A stretch of DNA of 64,000 nucleotides from Kiritimatiellia bacterium (GTDB lineage: Bacteria > Verrucomicrobiota > Kiritimatiellia > JAAZAB01), in assembly GCA_040767085.1 (NCBI GenBank), contig JAXGPF010000015.1, positions 26,796-90,795 on the forward strand, written 5' to 3'. Of the stretch, positions 40,455 through 50,583 are shown one piece after another (within the stretch, counting starts at the first letter, position 1; every line of letters begins with the position of its first letter). The translations under genes and the position numbers were made by a program. A model generated the notes under the pieces. It searched no databases, was not told the origin of the DNA, and was given only the letters and a program-made list of their open reading frames with translations.

Positions 40455-41312
40455 ATGACGGATTTGTTCATGCACGGATATTTCAACGACGTCCAATTCC
40501 TGAACGTGGCGCGCCGCCGGCAATGCGCGCTCAGTCTGGCGCCTTATCGGCACCCAGACCGGGCCTCGCTCGAATTGCTGCGCGCCGGCGGCATGTGTTA
40601 CGTAGTCAACGGGCGCGCATATGACCTGCGCGCGCCGGTGGTGTTCTGGAATGTCCCCGGCAAGACCTATGCCTACCGGGTTGCACCCGGCAGAAGCCGC
40701 GATCATTCCTGGGCGGACTTCGCGGGCGCGCGCGCCCGCCGGATCGGCTTGGCGCTGGACCGGCTCGAGCCGAAAAATTTTATACCGTTGGCCGATCCGG
40801 ATGAATTCGGCATGATTTTCGATGAAATGATCCGGGTGTACCTGTCGGATGACCCGACCGCCGCTTTTAAAATTGCCGTGCATCTTGAAACCTTGGTGGG
40901 GCTGGTATATGATACCTGCCGGAACCAAATTCTGTCGGAAACAGACCAGCCGGCCTGGCACCGGCTGTCGCTGGAAATCGCAGAGCACCCGTTCCGCCCC
41001 TGGGACTTCCACGAACACGCCCGCCAAGCCGGGGTATCCTACACCCATTTCCGCCGCCGGTTCCGCGCGGCCGTCGGCATGGCGCCGCACGATTATCTGC
41101 TTTATTGCCGCGCGCGCAAAGCGGCGCGGGAATTGCAAACCCGCGATGTTTCCATCAAGGCGCTGGCCTACGAGCACGGTTTTTCCGACCCGGCAATTTT
41201 ATCCCGGTTGATCAAATCCAAACTGGGCGTCATCCCATCGTCGCTAGGCCATTTACGCCAGCGCGGGGAAACCAACGGGAGGAGAAATAGCCTCTTGCGC
41301 GAAAACCAATAA
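40455..41312 (+). CDS. AraC family transcriptional regulator
   Basis: C-terminal AGVSYTHFRRRF...SIKALAYEHGFSDP double HTH; cupin-like N-terminus. Confidence 0.9.
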   Translation: MTDLFMHGYFNDVQFLNVARRRQCALSLAPYRHPDRASLELLRAGGMCYVVNGRAYDLRAPVVFWNVPGKTYAYRVAPGRSRDHSWADFAGARARRIGLALDRLEPKNFIPLADPDEFGMIFDEMIRVYLSDDPTAAFKIAVHLETLVGLVYDTCRNQILSETDQPAWHRLSLEIAEHPFRPWDFHEHARQAGVSYTHFRRRFRAAVGMAPHDYLLYCRARKAARELQTRDVSIKALAYEHGFSDPAILSRLIKSKLGVIPSSLGHLRQRGETNGRRNSLLRENQ

Positions 41313-41332
41313 AGGGGATGGGGGTTCATGTC

Positions 41333-42781
41333 TTACAACTCGTCCGGCTGGTATGCCATCCAAGGCTTGCCGATTTTGTCCGGTTTGGCCGGAGCGCGCT
41401 CGGGCTGGAAGCCGGCCAGCATGCCCAGGAATTTTTCCCGGATTTTTTCAAATGCCCCGGTTTCCAGGAAACTGCCGCCGCCGAATTTCGGCTCGTAACC
41501 GCCGCCGCCCGGACCGAACGCCTCCGGCGTGGGGATATAGCCGGCATGGCCGTTGGTCAATTCCGCCACCATGACGCAGGGGAATTTTTTTTTCGCCGCC
41601 GCCTTAACGTCCACCGCCATCTGCGCGAACACCTCGCCGGGCGATGTGAACAGGATCAGGTTCCCGATTTGCATGGCATTAAGCTCGCAATCGAAAATCG
41701 GCTGCTTGCGCATCCGGTTGACCAGCAGCACGGTATCGCGCGCGTAATACCCGATCCGCCACTTGTCCCGGCTTAAATCGTACTTTTCATTCAAATCCGC
41801 CAAAGCGCTCTGGTAACGCGCTTCCGATATGGCGCGATAAGTCAGCGGCAAGATTTCCTGCCGGAATTTCAGCTCGTTAAAACTTTCCGGATCAGGTGCG
41901 CGCAAGGCTTCCACCGCGCCGAACCCCACCCGCTCGCCCAGCACCAGGGCGCGCCGCTCGGTGCGCGGTTCGGGCGCCGGATCAAGATTGTCAATCTGGG
42001 TCACATCGCCGCAGCAGCCGTTTAAAAACACCACGCTCATGCGCGGATGGATGTTGCGCTTGACGGTTTCGCGCATGTAATACGGCCAGTCGGCGGAATA
42101 TCTGTCCTCGGCCGACACGGTGCCATGGCAGGCGAAATTAACCACTGCGCCGAGCATCTCGCCGGCGGCATTAACCGCCCCCAGCGCGGCCAGTTCCTGG
42201 TCCGCCGGCCCGGCATAATCCACAATGTCCGGATTGCCCTTGCCGCCATGCGTCACGGTCAATCCGTTTTTCATCTTGTATCGGCGGTTATAGGCCACAT
42301 TTTCCACCAGGGCGCAGCCGGTGACCAGCCGGACCGGCTGCCGGCGCAGCCAGGCGTTCCAGACCGCGTCCACCAAGCGCTTGCGCAACAGCAGCTTGTA
42401 ATCCGGATCAACCCGCCCGATTTCACGCGCCACCCGCGCCCGGACTGCGGGCTGGATATCCGTCATCTCCATCACTTCCGATTCCGGCATCATCATCCAA
42501 TCGCTTGACACCGGATTGGCATGGGTATGGGATGCGCCGGCGATCAGGCAATCCAGGGGCATGCGCTTTTTCAGTTCGGCCTCGGCGAAATCGATCAAGG
42601 CGCGATCCAGGATGATCATATCCGCGCCGACCAGGGCCACGGTGCGGCCGGCCGACTCGAACACACCGGCGGAAAAGGAAAACGGCGTGTTGACTCCCTG
42701 TTTGAGGCCGTAATCGAATGCCGTGGCGGAGCGTGTATCGTAAAACGGCGTGATATCCGACTCGTAAAACCCGGCTTGCAT
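41333..42781 (-). CDS. Neutral/alkaline ceramidase-like amidohydrolase 1
   Basis: ASHTH, NFACHG, FLNGCCGDV, PGEVF, ELTNGHAGYIPT. Confidence 0.8.
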   Translation of the reverse strand: MQAGFYESDITPFYDTRSATAFDYGLKQGVNTPFSFSAGVFESAGRTVALVGADMIILDRALIDFAEAELKKRMPLDCLIAGASHTHANPVSSDWMMMPESEVMEMTDIQPAVRARVAREIGRVDPDYKLLLRKRLVDAVWNAWLRRQPVRLVTGCALVENVAYNRRYKMKNGLTVTHGGKGNPDIVDYAGPADQELAALGAVNAAGEMLGAVVNFACHGTVSAEDRYSADWPYYMRETVKRNIHPRMSVVFLNGCCGDVTQIDNLDPAPEPRTERRALVLGERVGFGAVEALRAPDPESFNELKFRQEILPLTYRAISEARYQSALADLNEKYDLSRDKWRIGYYARDTVLLVNRMRKQPIFDCELNAMQIGNLILFTSPGEVFAQMAVDVKAAAKKKFPCVMVAELTNGHAGYIPTPEAFGPGGGGYEPKFGGGSFLETGAFEKIREKFLGMLAGFQPERAPAKPDKIGKPWMAYQPDEL

Positions 42782-42805
42782 GGTCTTCCTTTCCAAATAT
42801 TTTAT

Positions 42806-42899
42806 CCGCAAAAGAGCACAAGGATCACAAGGAAACATTGGATGTGGCCGCAGGCGGCCTTGTTCACTTTTTCTTTGTGTTCTTTGCGCTCTTTCGCGG
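42806..42899. repeat. Intergenic imperfect inverted repeat built from 9-bp units
   Basis: CCGCAAAAGAGCACAAGGATCACAAGGA / TCTTTGTGTTCTTTGCGCTCTTTCGCGG, with an inner GGCCGCAGGCGGCC hairpin. Confidence 0.7.
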
Positions 42900-42936
42900 T
42901 GAATTATGCCTTTTTCAAATTACGGCCGCTGCGGCG

Positions 42937-44415
42937 CTACATATCCGCCGGCGGTGAATGCCAGCAACTTTGGCCCGTCCTGGCCATTTTTTCCACCCGA
43001 GGCGGCGGGAGGTCCTGCTCGGGGTGGAAGGCGTTAATCATTGCCGTCAATTTGTTTGTCACCTTGGCCGCCGCATCCACCTCCAGCGCGGTGCCCTGTT
43101 TCAACTGCGGCTCGTAACCGCCGCCCTGCGGCCCGAAAGCGTCGGCGGTGGCCATGTAGCCCATCCAGTCATTGGCCAGTTCCACCGGCATGGTAAATGG
43201 GAACGGGGAGGCCTTTTTGAGGTCCATCCCGGTTTGAGTAAATGTTTCGGCGGGGTTGGTGGCAATCGCCAGGTTGCCGATCTGGACCACGTTCAGATTG
43301 CAGACCGCATGCGGATACAACCGGGCTTTCCAATAATGCAAAACCACGCCCATGGGAAACCAGCAGCCGGGTACGCCGCGTTCCTCCCGGTTCACCAGGT
43401 CCAGCGACTGGCGGTATTTTTCATCGCTGATATCACGCCAGTTAAGCGGCAGATCAACCGCGGCGAATTTCAAGGTCTCAAATGCATGCGCCGGCTCGCG
43501 CGACAGGATGTCAATCACCGGAAACGCCACCCGCTGTCCGAGGATGCGGCACCATTGCTCGCTGAACCGATGGGGTTCCAGGCTTATATTATCAACCTGG
43601 GTAACATCGCCGCAGCAGCCATTCAGGAAGACGGTGACGGTGGCCGGGCTGATTATTTTTTTAATGGCCTCCCGCAAATAATACGGCCAGTCGCCGGATA
43701 TTCCCTCTTTGGACCCGGCGACCGTGGCATGGCAGCCGTAATTTACAAGAACGCCGATGATTTGATCGCGCTGGTTCACCGCACCCAGGACAGTAACTTC
43801 ATCGTCAATCGGGCCGGCATCCCCTGCTATATCAGGATTGCCCTTGCCGGCATGGCTGAAGGTATAACCCTGCTTCATTTTCTGGCGGCGGTTATGCCCG
43901 ACATCACGGACAAGGTCCTTGCCGTTGATCAGCCGGACTTCCTCCAGGCGCTTGGCGGCCGCGACGGCGGCGTCCACTATCCGGTATGGCAGCAGGTCCA
44001 GATACAGTTGGTTGACTTCCGGCGGCACGGCTTCCTGCTTACCGCCGGGATAACGCAAACTGTAAATCCGGCGCCGGAGTTCCGGCTTGATGTCCTCGAT
44101 TTTTTCCACTTCATCCAGCGGCAGCACCCAATCCCGGATGCCCGGGCCGGCGGAATGGGCATGGGACGCGGCGCAGATCAAGCCGTCGAACCCGAATTTT
44201 TGAACCAATATATCGCGCGCCTTCTCCCATACCGGCCGCTGAACAACGCAAAGATCCATCCCCACAATGGCGATTTTCAAATCCGCGGATTGCCATACGC
44301 TGGCGGTCAATTTCGGCGGCGAGGCGATATTGTCAAGCGGACCTTCGTCGAAGCTGGTGCATGACATCATGACCGACGGGCAAATATCAACTTCAAAAAA
44401 ACCGGCTTTAATCAT
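42937..44415 (-). CDS. Neutral/alkaline ceramidase-like amidohydrolase 2
   Basis: ASHAHSAGP, NYGCHA, FLNGCCGDV, ELANDWMGY; paralog of the adjacent gene. Confidence 0.8.
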   Translation of the reverse strand: MIKAGFFEVDICPSVMMSCTSFDEGPLDNIASPPKLTASVWQSADLKIAIVGMDLCVVQRPVWEKARDILVQKFGFDGLICAASHAHSAGPGIRDWVLPLDEVEKIEDIKPELRRRIYSLRYPGGKQEAVPPEVNQLYLDLLPYRIVDAAVAAAKRLEEVRLINGKDLVRDVGHNRRQKMKQGYTFSHAGKGNPDIAGDAGPIDDEVTVLGAVNQRDQIIGVLVNYGCHATVAGSKEGISGDWPYYLREAIKKIISPATVTVFLNGCCGDVTQVDNISLEPHRFSEQWCRILGQRVAFPVIDILSREPAHAFETLKFAAVDLPLNWRDISDEKYRQSLDLVNREERGVPGCWFPMGVVLHYWKARLYPHAVCNLNVVQIGNLAIATNPAETFTQTGMDLKKASPFPFTMPVELANDWMGYMATADAFGPQGGGYEPQLKQGTALEVDAAAKVTNKLTAMINAFHPEQDLPPPRVEKMARTGQSCWHSPPADM

Positions 44416-44440
44416 GTTATTTTCTTTGTAAAGACAAACA

Positions 44441-46216
44441 CTAGCGCAAATTAAACATTGTTCCTCTCGGCACATGTTCATAACATCCCATGTCCGTCCG
44501 GCGAAAGAATCGGTTAATCCGGGGGCGGCCATCCAGATCCACGGCCTCGGCCATCCAGGATTGGTTCGTGCCGGCATTGGCACAGGGCGAACCGCCCGTC
44601 AGCCGGAAGTCGCCGGCGGCAAAATCCGCAAACCCGGGCGCATTGGTGATGTTGCCGTTCCCGGAGTTGGTCAGCGCCGGGCTGCAGGAGTAAAATACTG
44701 GCGCGATATATGACGGGTCGCCCGGCATATCCGGATAATTCAAGCTGGCTGAATTCGAGGCCACCACGCAATTAAAAACCACCATATTATTCGATATATT
44801 CATCCCACCGTAATTATTGGAAACGGAATTGCCGGCAATGGTGCAGGATTCCACCCGGGCATCGAATGGATTCGGCCCGGATTTTACGCCCGTTTCGCCC
44901 GTATAAAACAAGCCGCCGCCGCTTCCATTGGTGGCGGTGATTCGATTATCGGCGATCAAGCAGTTTTGCACGACCACGCTGGCGCTGCCGGTGCAAACCA
45001 GCAGCCCACCGCCGCTGCTCCAATTATAGGCAAGGCTGTTGCTGCTGATCACGCAATTGTGGAAGGACGCCGTGCCATGCGTGTATATGAATGCGCCGCC
45101 GCCGAACCGGCAACGATCGCCGCCATTTTCAATAATTTTGGCATTCACCACCGCGAGTGTTCCGGAAGAAGTTTCCGCGAGCGTATATCCATCGCATAGT
45201 CCCGCCCCTATAACGGTTGTTCCGGCAGCCGCCGCTTGGTTGCCCTTGACAACGCAATTGCTGATCATGGCGCCGCCAGACCGGGATGTCAGATACGAAT
45301 AAATCCCGGCGCCGGCTGTTTTGGCTTTATTCCCGATAATCAGGCTGTCTCGGATTATAGGATAGCCCTCTCTATATATGCCAATCCCGCCACCGCCGAA
45401 TTCGGAAATATTATTGCTGATAATCGAATCGGTTATCAGCATACCCGGGCCAAGAACATATATCCCGCCTCCCACGCTGCCGCCACTATTGGAAGCATAG
45501 TTGGCAGCGATGGTGCAGTTGGAAATCACTCCATTGGTGGATTTGGTGTAAATTCCGCCGCCATTCAGCGGGCAGGCGTTACTGCTGACAACACTATCCA
45601 GCAGGCTGGCGCCGCCGTAATTGCCGTAAATATCGCCGAACATCACCCCGCCGCCTCCCAGTGAAGGGGCCGCGTAATCGCAGGCATTATTGGAAATCCA
45701 GCAGTTGCGCATAATGGAATTGGAATTCCATAACGCCGCGCCGCCGCCAAACCGCGCGTGATTGTTTTTTATAATGCAGTTGGTCGCCAATCCGGCTTCC
45801 ACCAGAATGCCACCGCCACAACCGTATTGATGAACGGCAAGATTTTGCGGATAGCCGTTTTTCAGGGTGAATCCGTCAAACACCGCGCCGGCGCTGCTCA
45901 CCCGCACGCAACGGGTGGAATAATTCACATCCGGATACATGGTGGTGATTACTACGCCCGTCGGCGCATTCATGCCGCGGACCGTTATATCATTGGTGAT
46001 GTAAATGTTGACTGCCTGGGTATAAACGCCCGGATTGACCAGCACTATATCCCCCGCCGCAGCCTTGGCCACGCCATTGCTGATCGTAAGATAGGGATTA
46101 CCGGCCAAGCCGTCGCCGTCCGTATCGCTGCCCGTCGTCGCCACGTAAACCGTGGTCTGGGCGAAAGCGCAGGTTAATGACAGAAACAGCATTCCTGCGG
46201 ATTTGATGAATTTCAT
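44441..46216 (-). CDS. Secreted beta-helix protein B
   Basis: Signal peptide; VYVATTGSD..G...NPYLTI; GGG repeats; DMGCYE. Confidence 0.82.
   Translation of the reverse strand: MKFIKSAGMLFLSLTCAFAQTTVYVATTGSDTDGDGLAGNPYLTISNGVAKAAAGDIVLVNPGVYTQAVNIYITNDITVRGMNAPTGVVITTMYPDVNYSTRCVRVSSAGAVFDGFTLKNGYPQNLAVHQYGCGGGILVEAGLATNCIIKNNHARFGGGAALWNSNSIMRNCWISNNACDYAAPSLGGGGVMFGDIYGNYGGASLLDSVVSSNACPLNGGGIYTKSTNGVISNCTIAANYASNSGGSVGGGIYVLGPGMLITDSIISNNISEFGGGGIGIYREGYPIIRDSLIIGNKAKTAGAGIYSYLTSRSGGAMISNCVVKGNQAAAAGTTVIGAGLCDGYTLAETSSGTLAVVNAKIIENGGDRCRFGGGAFIYTHGTASFHNCVISSNSLAYNWSSGGGLLVCTGSASVVVQNCLIADNRITATNGSGGGLFYTGETGVKSGPNPFDARVESCTIAGNSVSNNYGGMNISNNMVVFNCVVASNSASLNYPDMPGDPSYIAPVFYSCSPALTNSGNGNITNAPGFADFAAGDFRLTGGSPCANAGTNQSWMAEAVDLDGRPRINRFFRRTDMGCYEHVPRGTMFNLR
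44477..45640. repeat. ~1.16-kb direct repeat, copy 1 (copy 2 at 50620-51783)
   Basis: Constant 6143-bp offset; identical translations in several overlapping frames. Confidence 0.9.
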
Positions 46217-46420
46217 ATTTTCCCTCCTATTCACACATTATGCCAACAAAACATTTATACAGAAAAAACTAATGTAAGAGAAGATCGTTTCCTGGCTTCG
46301 ATACTCTGCGGTTCATTATTCGTCAATCTGCGGTTCAATATTGCATGGCGCCTCTCAATGCGTTCAGTGCGCAGCGTGTAACCGTTTCGAGAGGCTTAAG
46401 GCCGGCGCCGCTCCCACATA

Positions 46421-46505
46421 CGGCTCACCATAGGTTCGCCCTCCATCTGCGATTTGAGGTTTTAAATTTGAAATTCAAGATGGAGGGCGAAGCTGTGCTG
46501 AGCCG
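46421..46505. repeat. REP-like inverted doublet
   Basis: CGGCTCACCATAGGTTCGCCCTCCATCT ... AGATGGAGGGCGAAGCTGTGCTGAGCCG, with heptamer-like repeats in the loop. Confidence 0.7.
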
Positions 46506-46547
46506 TTCTGTTTCTTGTATGCATTGATTTTTGCGCAACAGGCTCAA

Positions 46548-49500
46548 TCACTTGTCCGGTAATACCCGCAAGTCAAAATCATCCATCAACAATATCCCGG
46601 CTGTTTGGCCGCGCCGGATGCCCGGGCCGATGACCACCACCCGCGCAAAAGCCGTCCCCGGCCACCAATCCCCGCTTTTGATGGTGCCTTTCAATTCAGT
46701 CCATGCATTCGATATTACTGCATTAACAGTGCCCGGCAAAAAGATTCCATTGCCGCCGGCGCGATTTTCCACCACCGGTGTTCCGGCTGGAAAATTCATG
46801 CCGCAAGCATTTTTCAAAGTTACCAACCAACCTGCTCCCGAGCGCGCGATTTTTTCAATGCCGGGCGGCGTCACATCAAAAGTCAAATTGTTTTCGCCAA
46901 CCCCGAAAGCGGCGGAATATGACGCGCCGGTCTGCCATCCCGAAGCATCTTTCAGATAAAGATCCCGATCGCCTGGCCGGCAAGGCCGGAGCAGTTCGGT
47001 GTGACTGTTTTGGATCGAAGACATATTCAGACGCTTGATCGTCCGTTGTTGGGCATCAGCCATAATCAGGCCGAATATCAGGCCTTGGAACGGGACCGCG
47101 CCCGCCTTGAACCAAGCGCTCAGTTCATAGCTTCGATTGGTATCAACTTCAATCCAATCGGAAAATATGCCGTCAGACTGACCGCGCCAGCAAAATGCGT
47201 ACTCGCCGGAACGGCCTTGACCGCGTTGGACACCAAACTCGCCCCGGGCGGCAAATTCCAGCCCGTCCCAGCCTTCCGCCGAACCGGATTCAGCGCCAGG
47301 ATTTGTTATGATATTATCCGGATCAATGACTACTTTTTTTTTAAGCAACACTGAATCATCCTGGAATTCCGTGGGCGCGCCCCCTTTTTCCAATTGCAAT
47401 CCGCTGATCCATATAACCGATCCGGCGGATGGCGTCATCAAAAACTGCCGGGCGCCCATATTGGCGCTGGATCCCGGAGGCAATTCGAAGGAAAAATGAT
47501 GACGTTGCCAGTCCGCCGTCAAATTACCGATGGTCACCGGTTGAACCCCGTCAATCCTGAACCACAGAGTTGACTTGGCATCCTCGCTCCTGGCGAAAAA
47601 TGAAAAAGTCATTTTGACCGGTTTGTCAGATGGCGGTGGATAGGCCACAAAAAACATGCCGCGAGTCTTGAATCCGCCGGCTGCAAGATCGCGTTTGAGC
47701 ATCCGCAGTGACGGGCGGCCATTCCAGAGCACCGCCTCATCCACAAACCAATCGCTTTTGCCCTTTTGCCCCCAGAACGGATCCACGCTCAGACAGAAAT
47801 AAGGCCTGTAGAAATCGGGCACGCCCGGATTGGTTTGCTGCTCGAAGCAGGGATTGGGTATGTGGTTTTTGCTCATCATCAACTGGCGCACAATCCCGGG
47901 AATGTCCACTGATGGCGCGCGGTCTTCATCCACCGGCGTCATTTCCACTGCCACTTTCACCGGAACGGTTTTCCCGGCAAGTTGCAACCGATAGGCGCGC
48001 GTCCCGTAAGGCTCGATCTTGTCGGCAAACGCTTCACCATTAAACTCCAATATCCTTTGTGCCTCTGTGCCTTTGCCCCTTTGCCCCTCTGCCCATTTGC
48101 CCCTTTGCCCCTCTTCCGCAAACATCCGCGCCGCGTGTTCCATTCCGCCGACCTGGAATTTCGCATCCACCGCATGCGGCATGATGTTGGCCGCCAGCAG
48201 GAGGTAATCGCCGTCCGGATACTGGAAGACCGCCGCATTGACCATGGGAAATTTGCGTTCCCGCGGGGCAAAATCATCGGGGGTGTAGCGAATGACTTGC
48301 GGAACATCACCATTGACCAGCGCGGGGGTCATCTCCTTGATTTGCGCGCTGATATCCCGCAGCGCATTCCAGGCATCCGGTCCGACCATGGCGCTGATTG
48401 TAAAATAAATGAAACCACGCGCGCCGTAAATTATGGCGGAATAAGCCTGGCAAAGCATGTGCGGTTTGCTCAGACCGACCGGTGACCGGGACGGATCGAG
48501 TTGATTAGATAATGGCACGAACCACATGACCTTCCGATCCCGCCGGCACCGTTCGCGCAATTCCCATGCGTAATACGAGGTGCTCAAGCCCGGCTCGCCG
48601 TGAAATCCGTTCTTATACGGGCAGGGATAAACATCATAGCCCAGGATATCGCCCCAGCGCGTCCAATTGTCGCCATTGGGAATATGCCGGGCATAAAGCA
48701 ACATGAATGGACGGTAAGGGTCCAGCGGCTTGACGGTCTGCCAATACCATTCCGCCGCGGCGATTCGTTCTTCCGGATTCACCAGATTAGGCTCATCCAC
48801 ATTGTAGTATCCGATCAGATTGTCAAAATCTCGCAGGACTTTTGTGTCTTCGATAATCTCCGGTTTGAGTTCTTCGAACCATTTTTTCTGAAAGGCTATT
48901 CGTTCGGCCATCGAATTGGTTTGCGGCGGAGGCGGCCATGTTCCGGGGGTCCATCCGATCGGACGGGGCTGGGGTGAAGTCCAGGTAACCACATCCAACC
49001 CGTATTTTTTTGCCATTTGCATGAAGGCCGGGGCATTGGTGGACCCATCCCCGCGCACCACCATGTTCAATCCGATATCCTCGGCCAAATATTTGAACAG
49101 AGCTTCATCATCTTCGGTGCAACCATTTAATCCCAACCGCCGCTGCAAGGCATGCCCGCAAATGCCGATGGGGAATATCGGGGTTTGCTCCTTTAAAATC
49201 ACGCCCCGGACGAAATCCGCCTTGGTTTCGAATCCAGGCCGCGGTTCCAGCCGGACAACATTTATGGTTTTTGAAGCCAACTCGCGCCCGGCCTTCAAAA
49301 TACGCACGGTGACGGCATTGTCACCGATATGCAACGCCGAAAGCGGGATGGTGGGCGTCATCACCGAACGCAACCCGTTCAATTTTACGACTGCAGTTCC
49401 GCCCACTTCCAGAGACAAAACGGACTGTGACAGCATATTGACGGGAAGACCCAATTCCACGCGAATGTCAGCAGTCGGCTCCACGCTGTAAAAACTCCGC

Positions 49501-50576
49501 CCGGCAAACATGTTTTTTAAAACGTTTAATGCCGCGGTATCGGCGATTACGGCGGAAGCCAGCAAATTCCCGCCCATCGGATCGGTCAAAACCGCCTTTA
49601 TCCGCCGTTCTCGCAGTTCCCCCGCCGGAATCTTCACTTCCAAGTTCACGTCACCCTGCAACTCAACCGTTTGTGCGAACGATTCCACTGCGCCATCGCC
49701 GAAATCCTCCATGATTTTCATCAGCGCGGAACCGGGCGTCGGACTCAGCAATTTGAGTGTCAGGTTTAAACAATAAAGATTGCTCCCGCCTTCCTGGACC
49801 AATCCGGTGACGGCGCCGCCGGCAATCCGCGGCGCGAATGGAATGTCCGGCTTGAAGCCGGACATTTTATGGATTGGCGCAAAACTTGCCTGGTCATGGT
49901 AGCCTTTGCTGTCAGGCCGGATCATTGCGCCAACGCGTTTTTCGCTATGCTTGGCGCCGTATGCATCCAGGGTAACTTCCGTCATATTGCGGCATAGATT
50001 AATTTTCAAATCGCTCAGATTGTCCGATTCAAGGCAATACAGAGGAATTGCCAGCTCCGCGGTCCAGCCGTCCTGATGCCGGATTGTTTCCGAGCGCCAT
50101 GGCGGATTCCATCCCACATCGCGCATCCCGGCGTTATTGCAGCGTTGTTCCTTGCCGACATTGGCGAAATTGAGCATGAAATGGTAATAATGCGCGTTTT
50201 CGTCAGAACCGGGACTCAAGAAGATTTCCAAGGAGTCGTCAGTATGCACCGCGCCATCATGCTCGCTAACCTGTTGGGCTACATGCTCCATATTTGGATT
50301 GGCGCATTGGGCTCCAATGTAAAGCCATGCCTTGTCATGGAGGAGCAAATATTTGGTTTCCGAAGCAATGTTATCGCTTTTGACTGGATAAAGTTTGTCA
50401 ATCTTACCGGCGGTTTCCCAGACCGGATCATCAAGTTTGGCGTTCAGCATGGGCGGCGTGTCGCACTCCGGTATTGCAACGGGCGGCCAATCCGCGGCCG
50501 CGGCCAAAGTCAATGCGCAAACCAATGCAATTGCCGAACAACTGATCAAACGGAAGCAATTCATGTTTTTGCCCAT
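46548..50576 (-). CDS. Large secreted glycoside-hydrolase-like protein B
   Basis: Paralog of A, with an additional C-terminal CBM4/9-like domain (NIITNPGAESG...MDDFDL). Confidence 0.72.
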   Translation of the reverse strand: MGKNMNCFRLISCSAIALVCALTLAAAADWPPVAIPECDTPPMLNAKLDDPVWETAGKIDKLYPVKSDNIASETKYLLLHDKAWLYIGAQCANPNMEHVAQQVSEHDGAVHTDDSLEIFLSPGSDENAHYYHFMLNFANVGKEQRCNNAGMRDVGWNPPWRSETIRHQDGWTAELAIPLYCLESDNLSDLKINLCRNMTEVTLDAYGAKHSEKRVGAMIRPDSKGYHDQASFAPIHKMSGFKPDIPFAPRIAGGAVTGLVQEGGSNLYCLNLTLKLLSPTPGSALMKIMEDFGDGAVESFAQTVELQGDVNLEVKIPAGELRERRIKAVLTDPMGGNLLASAVIADTAALNVLKNMFAGRSFYSVEPTADIRVELGLPVNMLSQSVLSLEVGGTAVVKLNGLRSVMTPTIPLSALHIGDNAVTVRILKAGRELASKTINVVRLEPRPGFETKADFVRGVILKEQTPIFPIGICGHALQRRLGLNGCTEDDEALFKYLAEDIGLNMVVRGDGSTNAPAFMQMAKKYGLDVVTWTSPQPRPIGWTPGTWPPPPQTNSMAERIAFQKKWFEELKPEIIEDTKVLRDFDNLIGYYNVDEPNLVNPEERIAAAEWYWQTVKPLDPYRPFMLLYARHIPNGDNWTRWGDILGYDVYPCPYKNGFHGEPGLSTSYYAWELRERCRRDRKVMWFVPLSNQLDPSRSPVGLSKPHMLCQAYSAIIYGARGFIYFTISAMVGPDAWNALRDISAQIKEMTPALVNGDVPQVIRYTPDDFAPRERKFPMVNAAVFQYPDGDYLLLAANIMPHAVDAKFQVGGMEHAARMFAEEGQRGKWAEGQRGKGTEAQRILEFNGEAFADKIEPYGTRAYRLQLAGKTVPVKVAVEMTPVDEDRAPSVDIPGIVRQLMMSKNHIPNPCFEQQTNPGVPDFYRPYFCLSVDPFWGQKGKSDWFVDEAVLWNGRPSLRMLKRDLAAGGFKTRGMFFVAYPPPSDKPVKMTFSFFARSEDAKSTLWFRIDGVQPVTIGNLTADWQRHHFSFELPPGSSANMGARQFLMTPSAGSVIWISGLQLEKGGAPTEFQDDSVLLKKKVVIDPDNIITNPGAESGSAEGWDGLEFAARGEFGVQRGQGRSGEYAFCWRGQSDGIFSDWIEVDTNRSYELSAWFKAGAVPFQGLIFGLIMADAQQRTIKRLNMSSIQNSHTELLRPCRPGDRDLYLKDASGWQTGASYSAAFGVGENNLTFDVTPPGIEKIARSGAGWLVTLKNACGMNFPAGTPVVENRAGGNGIFLPGTVNAVISNAWTELKGTIKSGDWWPGTAFARVVVIGPGIRRGQTAGILLMDDFDLRVLPDK

Positions 50577-50583
50577 CTTGAAA

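Noticed and set aside
42958-44364. Long antisense ORFs (this one and many others in the track)
   Set aside because: Typical high-GC shadow frames opposite well-supported genes
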